From positions 1 to 56,834 of the forward strand of contig JAYPDK010000003.1 of assembly GCA_038125145.1 (NCBI GenBank): 56,834 nt of DNA. Reading direction: 5' to 3'. Numbering within the stretch: position 1 is the stretch's first letter; every line of letters begins with the position of its first letter. The notes under the pieces were generated by a model, which saw only the letters and a program-made list of their open reading frames with translations, did not search any database and had not been told where the DNA came from. The stretch comes from Candidatus Poseidoniaceae archaeon. GTDB taxonomy: Archaea > Thermoplasmatota > Poseidoniia > Poseidoniales > Poseidoniaceae. A program made the translations under genes and the position numbers. Shown here piece by piece: positions 19,406 to 26,919 of this stretch.

Positions 19406-19930
19406 TCAGACGAGGTCCTTGGCCAGGGGTTCGACCTCGTCCACAGAGGTCGGCAGCGTCAACCATCGTCCTTCAGGGTACACCACCGCGGAGGGTCCTG
19501 CTTCGCATCGGTCCAAGCATCCTGACTTTTGCACGCGCACATCGTCAAGACCGAGTTCCCGTGCGGATCGCTTCAGCGCGACCATGAGGTCCAGTGAACC
19601 ACGACGAGCGCAGGAGGGCCGCGCCGCCCCCTCGGGGCGTTCATGCGTGCAGACGAACATGTGCCGACGGAAGCCTTCGTGCTCGCTCTCCACCAAGACC
19701 TGCACCGCTTCTGCCAACCGGTGGTCGAGGTCCGTGACCACGTTCCCCGCGTCGTGGGTCGTCGTGCGAACGGTGAGGCTGCCCCAAGCGGATGTGACCT
19801 CGGCATGATGGCCAAGGCGGTCGCACAACCCTGCGATAGCAGCGGCGAGGGCCGAGGGACGGGCCATGCCGTGGAACTGCCACGTCCGCTGCAGGGCGCC
19901 GTCCGCTTCCACCCAGCCCTCGAGGGTCAC
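19406..19930 (-). CDS. Fusion: pterin-4a-carbinolamine dehydratase (PCD/DCoH) + thioredoxin-like [2Fe-2S] ferredoxin
   Basis: PCD motif GHHAEVTSAWGSLTVRTTTHDAGNVVTDLD, then a 4-Cys ferredoxin module (FVCTHE..PSC...SGCLDRC..GPSAVVYP) in one frame. GTG start at 19930, 4 nt after the upstream stop. Confidence 0.7.
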   Translation of the reverse strand: MTLEGWVEADGALQRTWQFHGMARPSALAAAIAGLCDRLGHHAEVTSAWGSLTVRTTTHDAGNVVTDLDHRLAEAVQVLVESEHEGFRRHMFVCTHERPEGAARPSCARRGSLDLMVALKRSARELGLDDVRVQKSGCLDRCEAGPSAVVYPEGRWLTLPTSVDEVEPLAKDLV

Positions 19931-19934
19931 GGGC

Positions 19935-20378
19935 TCACCCCCAGAGGTGGCTGTCGTCTTTGCCTTCCGCCTTGCGCTCAGCGTCTTCGTGGATGTTTGA
20001 ACGGCGCTTGTGGTCCTTGCGTTCGAAGGCGAGCAATTCGTCGTCGTCGATGTAGGCCGGGCGAGTGTGTGCGATGAGGTTGATCTGGACCAGGACCTCC
20101 CTCGCAAGGTAGAGGTGCTGACCGTCCGGTGTCAAGAGTTCAACAGACGAGGGCGTGCGGGACAGCATTCGGCCGCGAACCCAGGGGTCATGGTCGGGCG
20201 GCAAACATCGGACATCGAGCAACACTTCGACGAGGTCGTCGCGTCGCAGGCCATGCCGACGGTCGAACAGATCGCCCGAGGCCACGCTGGCGCAGGCATC
20301 GAGGTCGGGGGAGCCAAGGGCTTCCCACATCGGCGTGGCCCACTCCGGCAGTTCGTTTGGGGCGGAGACGGTTGGCAT
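19935..20378 (-). CDS. Hypothetical protein (147 aa), co-transcribed with the PCD-ferredoxin fusion
   Basis: ATG start with a TATA-like box at -29; acidic/basic C-terminal tail; no motif recognised. Confidence 0.5.
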   Translation of the reverse strand: MPTVSAPNELPEWATPMWEALGSPDLDACASVASGDLFDRRHGLRRDDLVEVLLDVRCLPPDHDPWVRGRMLSRTPSSVELLTPDGQHLYLAREVLVQINLIAHTRPAYIDDDELLAFERKDHKRRSNIHEDAERKAEGKDDSHLWG

Positions 20379-20400
20379 GGGTGCTCCTCCCGTCGAGACT

Positions 20401-20407
20401 TCTTGAA
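20401..20407 (-). promoter_or_regulatory. TATA-like box (minus-strand TTCAAGA), 29 nt upstream of the start at 20378
   Basis: Reverse complement of + strand TCTTGAA; same spacing as the + strand boxes. Confidence 0.3.
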
Positions 20408-20481
20408 CCCTCCAATGCGGTCAAGGGCAGCATGCCGGGGCGTGGGTTGAAAACGTGGCCGCCGGCCCGGAGGGTGAGCAC

Positions 20482-21603
20482 ATGAAGGTCGAATGGCGCA
20501 CGCTGCCGACGGTCTTGACCGAGGATGAACTCCTCGACAAGGCCTTCTCAAGGGCCAAGAAGGCCGCCGACAGGGTCGAGGACCGCGACCGCGTCTTTCG
20601 AACACGAAAGCAACTCACCCGCATGGTGCAAACCGCTGCGGACGTCCTCAGCACCTCGCTGACGGAGACGGTTCGCGTCTGGCCGTCGCTCGACCAATCA
20701 CCCGAGTTTGACGTCGCGATGATCGAGGCTTGTGTTGGGACCGATGCCTACCGTCATCACCTTTCGGTGCTCGATTGGGGTGCGGTGCAGATCAACAAAA
20801 TCGCGACCCAGAACGCTCGAAAGATCACGCGGACGGCCCAACTTCCGCTGATGCACGACGCGAGGAAGGAAGCCTACGGGAGGATCTGCTCCATCATGGG
20901 ACGTGTCGGAACCTCCCTCACGTGGTTGGGCGAGTCGCGTGAGACCCTCAAGCGCTTGCCTCACCTTGACCCGATGCACCCTATTATCGTGGTCTGTGGC
21001 GCTCCAAACGTCGGAAAATCGGCGTTCATCGGTGCCCTCTCCACGGGCACGATGGAAGTCAACCACTACCCCTTCACGACCAAGCAACTGCACGTTGGCC
21101 ACTTCTTGCACCGTCGCCTCGCCCACCAGATGCTTGACACGCCTGGGCTGCTCGACCGGCCGATGGAGGACAGGAACGCGATCGAAATGCAGGCCATCGC
21201 CGCCCTTGAGCACGTCGGCTCGGTCGCGTTGTTCCTGATCGATGAAAGCGCCACGTGCGGCACCCCCCTTGAGGAGCAACTCCATCTTCTGGACGAAGTT
21301 CGTCTGTTGCTCCCCGGGACAAGGCTGCTCGAAGTGACGTCGAAGGCCGACCTTCTCGACCCGAGGCCCGAAGGTTGGGAGGCGACCAAGGACGCTGAAA
21401 CCGCCTGGCGTGACGCTGGACGGCAAGGGTTGCCTGACCTCCCGCTGCTGCTGGACGGCGCAGGTCGCCCCACGGTGTCCGCGGTGGACGACGTGGGTCT
21501 CGAGGCCCTCCGCCTGCATTTGGTTCGGCTCTGCGCTGAAGGTCGTTCGAGCGACGCCCTGTCGCTTCCTGAAGGCTGGCATCGTTCGGACCGTGAGGCG
21601 TGA
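20482..21603 (+). CDS. NOG1-family GTP-binding protein
   Basis: G1 GAPNVGKS, YPFTT, G3 DTPG, with a NOG1-like N-terminal helical region. ATG 20482 is preceded by GGAGGGTGA. Confidence 0.8.
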   Translation: MKVEWRTLPTVLTEDELLDKAFSRAKKAADRVEDRDRVFRTRKQLTRMVQTAADVLSTSLTETVRVWPSLDQSPEFDVAMIEACVGTDAYRHHLSVLDWGAVQINKIATQNARKITRTAQLPLMHDARKEAYGRICSIMGRVGTSLTWLGESRETLKRLPHLDPMHPIIVVCGAPNVGKSAFIGALSTGTMEVNHYPFTTKQLHVGHFLHRRLAHQMLDTPGLLDRPMEDRNAIEMQAIAALEHVGSVALFLIDESATCGTPLEEQLHLLDEVRLLLPGTRLLEVTSKADLLDPRPEGWEATKDAETAWRDAGRQGLPDLPLLLDGAGRPTVSAVDDVGLEALRLHLVRLCAEGRSSDALSLPEGWHRSDREA

Positions 21604-21882
21604 TCAGGCGCCCATCAGGCGTCCAATCACGGGGCCGACGTACCCCAGCGCAAAGATGGCGAAGAAAATCAGCATCCACATGCGCATCTTGCGTTCCGAG
21701 GCCTCGCGCTGTTCGAATTCGTTCGTGCACGCGGCCTCCCCACACACACGGGGGTCGCGCCCAAGCGCAATGGGCGCCTGACAAATGCGGCAGTGGGCGT
21801 GGGGTGGCAGGTCGGTTGGGCTGCGCTTCGCCGCGCTGCTTGCGGGTTTTGCTCGTGCCTTCGCTGCGGATGCGTCCACCAT
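21604..21882 (-). CDS. Small Zn-ribbon plus C-terminal TM protein (DUF2116-like)
   Basis: HCRIC....C...C cysteine pattern followed by MWMLIFFAIFALGYVGPVI. 4 nt downstream of pyrH. Confidence 0.55.
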   Translation of the reverse strand: MVDASAAKARAKPASSAAKRSPTDLPPHAHCRICQAPIALGRDPRVCGEAACTNEFEQREASERKMRMWMLIFFAIFALGYVGPVIGRLMGA

Positions 21883-21886
21883 GCGC

Positions 21887-22627
21887 TCACCTGCTCCTCA
21901 CCAAGGTTCCCTCGAAGGGACGCCCGTCCAAGGCGGCCTCCAATCGGTCCATCTGCCGGCCGTCCAGAACGGCAAGATCGACCAAACCACGTTTGGCGTG
22001 GCCGACGGCGACGGGGTCAACGACGGTGGAGGCGCCGGGCTGCAGAGGGGTGTCCATTCCGGTGATGGCTGCAAGGGCGTCGATGTCCATCTCGCTGAAG
22101 GAGATGGCATCGGGGTTCGTTCGAGGGTCCGCGCTGTAGACACGGTCGACGTTGGTCGCGATGATGCAGGTGGAGGCACCGGCTTTCCGTGCCAAGTCCA
22201 CCGCAACAGCGTCGGTGGTGTGCCCGGGGACCGTGCCGCCCATGACGACGACGTGGTGGCGGTCGAGCAAGGAGGCCCCTTCGTCGGTGGTGGTTGGAAT
22301 CGTCGGGGCCACGTCAAGGCCCACGTCGAGCAGCACCTGCTGCAAGACGGTCGCGTTCAGCCTGGTGGCTGCGATGCCCACCGTGTCGAGGGCGGCACGC
22401 TCGCTGAGCACGGTGGAGGCCAGGGCGATGCCCTCCCTGGCCGGAGCGCCGCCGCCCACGACGAGGGCCAGTCGACGACCTTCGCCCTCGAGGCCGATGA
22501 CGACCTGCCGAAGGCGACCGAACCAGCGGGCCCTGTCCTCGTCGTGCTCCGGTCGGAGGGTGCTCCCACCAAGGGCCACGATGGCGGTGGTGGGCATCAA
22601 GGACGGCTCCATGCAGCGTCGCTTCAT
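21887..22627 (-). CDS. pyrH: UMP kinase, archaeal type
   Basis: Amino-acid-kinase fold motifs (VALGGS, VVGGGAPAR, GHTTDAVA, TNVDRVYSADP). ATG 22627 (MKRR) is preferred over the TTG at 22642. Confidence 0.85.
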   Translation of the reverse strand: MKRRCMEPSLMPTTAIVALGGSTLRPEHDEDRARWFGRLRQVVIGLEGEGRRLALVVGGGAPAREGIALASTVLSERAALDTVGIAATRLNATVLQQVLLDVGLDVAPTIPTTTDEGASLLDRHHVVVMGGTVPGHTTDAVAVDLARKAGASTCIIATNVDRVYSADPRTNPDAISFSEMDIDALAAITGMDTPLQPGASTVVDPVAVGHAKRGLVDLAVLDGRQMDRLEAALDGRPFEGTLVRSR

Positions 22628-22685
22628 CTTATCCCCCTCCAAAGCCTTGAAGCATCCGCGTCAGGGCCGTCGCAAGGGGGCCACC

Positions 22686-23924
22686 ATGGACGATGCGGAA
22701 TTGGCCACCCGGCGCGTCCGTCTGAAGATGGCGCTGGAGGAACTTCGCGAGATGCGAGGTTTCGGTACGGAACTGGTGACGCTCATCATTCCTCCCGACC
22801 GTCAGGTCTCCGATGCGCGTTCGATGCTGCAGGTCGAACACGGGCAGGCGGCGAACATCAAGTCGAAGGGCACCCGAAAGAACGTGCAAGGCGCCATTGA
22901 ATCGGCGATCTCGACCTTGTCACGCTACCGCAGCGCTGGCGAGCACGGGCTCGCCATCTTCGTCGGCTCGATCGTGATTGGCAACAACAAGTCCCGGATG
23001 GTGAACATCGTTGTCGAGGACCCTCCTCAGCCCCTCCTGTCCTTCCGATACCGGTGCGATTCCACCTTTGAGTTGGACCAACTCGAAGACATGCTTGTGG
23101 ACAAGAAATCCTACGGCCTCTTCGTCATCGACCGCGCTGAAGCGGCCTACGGCATCGCCAGCGGAAAGCGGATCCACGTCCAAGAACACCTCGTGTCGAA
23201 CATCATGGGCAAGCACCGGCAAGGTGGGCAGTCCGCGCAGCGGTTCGAGCGGCTCATCGAGGAAGCAGCGCACAATTTCTTCAAGCGGGCCACCGAACAC
23301 GCGTGCGATTACTGGCTCCCCGAACTCGAGAACATTCAGGCGGTCATCATCGGGGGGCCGGGGGCCACGAAGGATTTCGTGGTCAAGAACGAATACTTCC
23401 ACCACGAGATCGTCAAGAAAATCGCCGCGACGACCTTCGATGTTGGATATTCCAACGAATCAGGCATTCGGGAATTGGTCGACAATGCCGGGAGCCTGAT
23501 GCAGGAGATTGAACTCGACGCCGAGCGCGAGGTCATGAACGCCTTCTTGTCCGAACTCATCAAAGCGCATCCCAAAGCCACGTACGGTGAGCGGATGATC
23601 CGGGATGCACTCAACGCTGGAGCCGTCGACCGTCTGCTGCTGTCCGAAGGCCTTCGCCGCCGCGTGGCTGAATTGACGTGCGCATCGTGCAACCACGCGT
23701 GGACCGAGACGGTCAGCCGCCACGAAGCGCTGCCTCCGTGCCCGTCCTGCGACGGGAACAGGGTCGATGAAGGCGAATCGACCTCATTGATCGATGAATT
23801 CGTTCAACTCGCGCTCAAGGGGAACGCTGAGGTGCTCTATATTTCGGTGGACACCGAGGAAGGTGCTCAACTGCTCGAAGGATTCGGTGGCACGGCGGCC
23901 CTCCTGCGGTACGCCATGATGTAA
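22686..23924 (+). CDS. prf1: Peptide chain release factor aRF1
   Basis: NIKS motif (ANIKSKGTRKNV) and GGQSAQRFERL (GGQ). Start re-picked at ATG 22686; the upstream part of the 590-aa ORF is antisense to pyrH. Confidence 0.9.
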   Translation: MDDAELATRRVRLKMALEELREMRGFGTELVTLIIPPDRQVSDARSMLQVEHGQAANIKSKGTRKNVQGAIESAISTLSRYRSAGEHGLAIFVGSIVIGNNKSRMVNIVVEDPPQPLLSFRYRCDSTFELDQLEDMLVDKKSYGLFVIDRAEAAYGIASGKRIHVQEHLVSNIMGKHRQGGQSAQRFERLIEEAAHNFFKRATEHACDYWLPELENIQAVIIGGPGATKDFVVKNEYFHHEIVKKIAATTFDVGYSNESGIRELVDNAGSLMQEIELDAEREVMNAFLSELIKAHPKATYGERMIRDALNAGAVDRLLLSEGLRRRVAELTCASCNHAWTETVSRHEALPPCPSCDGNRVDEGESTSLIDEFVQLALKGNAEVLYISVDTEEGAQLLEGFGGTAALLRYAMM

Positions 23925-23933
23925 GGTGATGGC

Positions 23934-25685
23934 ATGCAGGTCCTGCTCAATGTCCTTGAGGCCGACCTCGAGGCGGCGCTCGGCGACATGGGCGTGGATT
24001 CAGCGCTTTGGCGCAAGGTCATCGGCCCAGCCCGTGAGCGAACGGAAGGCGACGTCGCGCTCCCGTGCTTTCCCTTCGCAAAGGCGGTTGGGCAGGCACC
24101 AGCCGACATCGCCGCCACGTTGGCCGCTCGCCTTGGCGACCACCCTGCCCTCAGCGAAGCGCGCGCCTCCAACGGTTACCTCAACCTCGTGGCCGACCCG
24201 GCATGGATGTTGGAGCATGTGGTGGTCCATCGCCCCCTCGCTCAGAACGACGAGACCTTGCGCCTGATCGAGCACACCTCAGCGAACCCCAACGGCCCCT
24301 TCCACGTGGGCCGCGCGAGGAACGCTATCCTCGGCGACACGCTTGTTCGGCTGCATCGACTCGCTGGGCACCGCGTCCGTGCGGAATACTACGTCGACGA
24401 CATGGGGAAACAAGTCGGTGTGCTTGCTTGGGCCTTGGAGCACCTCGACGCGGAGCAGGTGGACACGCTGCTGGCGGAGCGGGAGCCGGCCGACCCGAAG
24501 TGGGCCGGGAAGGCCGACCATGCACGGGTCCGTTGGTATCAAGCGGCTCAACTCCTCAGGCAGGAGGCATCCGAGGAAGAGCAAGCCCGCATCGAGGCCC
24601 AGATCGCCGACCTCGTGCACGCCAGCGAGCACGGTGATGCTTCGGTGCTGGAATCCTTCGAGGCAGCGTACGGGCCCGTGCTGGAGGGAATGTTGGAGAC
24701 GCTTGCTCGCCTTGGCATCACCTTCGACGCGTTCACCAAAGAATCGACCTTTGTCGTGGACGGCAGTGTTGCCTCTGTGATGAAGGAACTCGAAGGGTTG
24801 GACATCCACGGGGTCGCCGAAAACGGGGCACGCTTCCTCGACCTCGGTCAACGGGGCTTGAAAGGCAAGACCGAATTCTTCTACCGAAGGGCCGACGGCT
24901 CGTCGCTCTACGCCACCCGCGACCTGGCCTACCACCGATGGAAATGGACGCAAGCCGACCACCTCATCGACGTGCTCGGGGAAGACCATCGCCTTCAGGC
25001 GAAGCAGGTCGGCATGACCTTGGCCGAACTTGGCGTCATGGCTCCCGAGGTTGTGTTCTATAGTTTCATCAAACTCCCCGAAGGCAAAATGAGCACGCGG
25101 CGCGGCAATGTTGTGTTCATGGACGACCTCCTCGAGGAAGCGTCTGCGCAAGCCGCCGACCTCGTTCGAGGGCTCCGTCCCGACTACGATGAAGAGCAGG
25201 TGCACGAGATTGCGGAAGCCGTCGCCATCTCAGCGGTCCGTTTCAACATCATCCGCGTCAGCCCTGAGAAGGGCTTCACCTTCACGTGGGAGGACGCCTT
25301 GAGCCTCGACGGGGGTTCAGCACCGTTCGCCATGTACGCCCACACGCGTGCGTGCTCCATCGCGCGCCGGCTTGCTGATGCGGGATGGGAGGGTGCCGGA
25401 CAGGTGTCCCTTCCGGATTCGCCCGCGCCCGGTTTGGTGGACCTGCTTCGCGTGTTGGCCGTTCACCACGATGTGCTCACGCAGTCGGTTGAGCAGCACC
25501 GACCCCACCTGTTCGCCCTTCACTTGCTCGATCTGGCCACGGCCTACAACGCGTTCTACCGGGATTGCCCCGTCCTCGTGGACGGTGAGGTGCACGCCAC
25601 CCACGCAGCGGTCAGCGAGCGGGCACGTCAGGTGCTGCACGACGGATTGGTCGGCGTGGGCATCGTGCCGTTGGAGCAGATGTGA
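23934..25685 (+). CDS. argS: Arginyl-tRNA synthetase
   Basis: SANPNGPFHVGRARNAILGD (HIGH-type) and MSTRRG (KMSK-type) motifs; C-terminal DALR-like anticodon-binding domain. Confidence 0.9.
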   Translation: MQVLLNVLEADLEAALGDMGVDSALWRKVIGPARERTEGDVALPCFPFAKAVGQAPADIAATLAARLGDHPALSEARASNGYLNLVADPAWMLEHVVVHRPLAQNDETLRLIEHTSANPNGPFHVGRARNAILGDTLVRLHRLAGHRVRAEYYVDDMGKQVGVLAWALEHLDAEQVDTLLAEREPADPKWAGKADHARVRWYQAAQLLRQEASEEEQARIEAQIADLVHASEHGDASVLESFEAAYGPVLEGMLETLARLGITFDAFTKESTFVVDGSVASVMKELEGLDIHGVAENGARFLDLGQRGLKGKTEFFYRRADGSSLYATRDLAYHRWKWTQADHLIDVLGEDHRLQAKQVGMTLAELGVMAPEVVFYSFIKLPEGKMSTRRGNVVFMDDLLEEASAQAADLVRGLRPDYDEEQVHEIAEAVAISAVRFNIIRVSPEKGFTFTWEDALSLDGGSAPFAMYAHTRACSIARRLADAGWEGAGQVSLPDSPAPGLVDLLRVLAVHHDVLTQSVEQHRPHLFALHLLDLATAYNAFYRDCPVLVDGEVHATHAAVSERARQVLHDGLVGVGIVPLEQM

Positions 25686-25688
25686 GGC

Positions 25689-26186
25689 TCAGGCTTCTGC
25701 ATCCAGCGCTTCGTCCGCTTCTCCCTCGATTCGCTCATCGTGTGCATGCACGTCCGCTCCAACGCCCTCTAAGGCATCCATCGCCTCTTGGGGGCTTGTG
25801 CAGCGTTGGAAAAACCGCGTTGGTGGCCAACCGCAATCGACGGTGTTGGCTTCGGTGGCGTGCTCTTCGATCCATGCTTCACACGCACCGCCGTAGCACA
25901 AGGCGCTGAACTGGCGCAGGTCCACCCACATCGTTCGCCGTCGACATACGGGGCAGGCGCGTGCCTGCAGGTGGGCCAACTCTGTCATGCCGTGCTCGCC
26001 GATGACGTCGAGTTCCCATGCGACAACGCTGGCTCGCTCGAGGCGCATCTGGTCGGTACGGCGAAGGAAGGAACGGAGCACGCGCCATGCAGTGGCTTCT
26101 TCGCGGAAGCAACCGAGTCCTGTGGGGGTGCCGTCCTCCTCAACGACGGAGGGGACGTAGACCCGCGTCATCGACCCGTCGGCCAT
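25689..26186 (-). CDS. Hypothetical Cys-rich acidic protein downstream of folB
   Basis: CPVCRRR...CYGGAC...C pattern and an acidic tail. Start at ATG 26186 or 26171; the upstream part of the 259-aa ORF overlaps folB in another frame. Confidence 0.45.
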   Translation of the reverse strand: MADGSMTRVYVPSVVEEDGTPTGLGCFREEATAWRVLRSFLRRTDQMRLERASVVAWELDVIGEHGMTELAHLQARACPVCRRRTMWVDLRQFSALCYGGACEAWIEEHATEANTVDCGWPPTRFFQRCTSPQEAMDALEGVGADVHAHDERIEGEADEALDAEA

Positions 26187-26224
26187 GCAACGAAGGTGCA
26201 CGTGAGGAGCATGAAGGCTGCGGC

Positions 26225-26581
26225 TCACGCGCTCCGCGAGGCTTCGACCCAGGGCACGCCACCGGGATGGGGAAGGGGTGCGTCCGGCTTGGCGATGCGC
26301 ACCGTGGCCCGGACCACGCCGGGGAGGGCGACCATCCGGTCGAGCATCGCGTCCACCATGGATTCCATCAACCGATGCTGGACACCCGGCGTGAGCAGCA
26401 CCTCGTCCACGATCTGCTGCAGTTCGGCGTAGTTCACCGTCGACGGCAGGTCGTCGGCCCGTTCCCATTCCGTGTGCACCTCGGCGTTGACGATGAAGGG
26501 CTGCGGGGCCTCGAGTTCATGGTCGAACCAGCCGTGGGCCGCCTGCACCACGTAGCCCTCGAGGCCGATGCTGTAGCCCAC
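26225..26581 (-). CDS. folB: 7,8-dihydroneopterin aldolase (bacterial FolB type)
   Basis: IGLEGY..AAHG....E...PQPF.VN, DDL..TVNYAEL, and RIAKPDAP near the C-terminus. GTG start. Confidence 0.8.
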   Translation of the reverse strand: MGYSIGLEGYVVQAAHGWFDHELEAPQPFIVNAEVHTEWERADDLPSTVNYAELQQIVDEVLLTPGVQHRLMESMVDAMLDRMVALPGVVRATVRIAKPDAPLPHPGGVPWVEASRSA

Positions 26582-26590
26582 GTGACCACC

Positions 26591-26881
26591 TCAGGATTCG
26601 TCCTTCTCATGGACCCAGATGAGGTGCCACCCAAACTCGGTTCGGACCGGTTCCGACACCTCGTTCACGGGGAGCTGCCACACCGCGCTATCGAAGGGCC
26701 GCACCATTTGGCCGCTGCGGAACCATCCAAGGTCGCCGTTGTTGGACTTCGAGGGGCAACTCGACTTCTTTCGGGCCATCTTTTGGAAGGACTTCAGGTT
26801 CGTGCACTGCTCCCGAATCTGCAGCGCTTCGGCTTTTGACGCCACGAGGATATGCGACGCATGGGCGCGACGAGGGGGCAT
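26591..26881 (-). CDS. Parvulin-type peptidyl-prolyl cis-trans isomerase
   Basis: ASHILV...SSCPSKSNNGDLGWF...FGWHLIWV, typical of small archaeal parvulins. ATG 26881. Confidence 0.8.
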   Translation of the reverse strand: MPPRRAHASHILVASKAEALQIREQCTNLKSFQKMARKKSSCPSKSNNGDLGWFRSGQMVRPFDSAVWQLPVNEVSEPVRTEFGWHLIWVHEKDES

Positions 26882-26919
26882 GGATGTGGCCTCGCGAAGG
26901 TGCTCAAGACCGTTCCGGC

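Noticed and set aside
21785-22900. 371-aa + ORF, and the N-terminal 178 codons of the 590-aa ORF (22152-22685), overlapping pyrH.
   Set aside because: Both are antisense to the UMP kinase gene. aRF1 homology begins at MDDAELA (22686).
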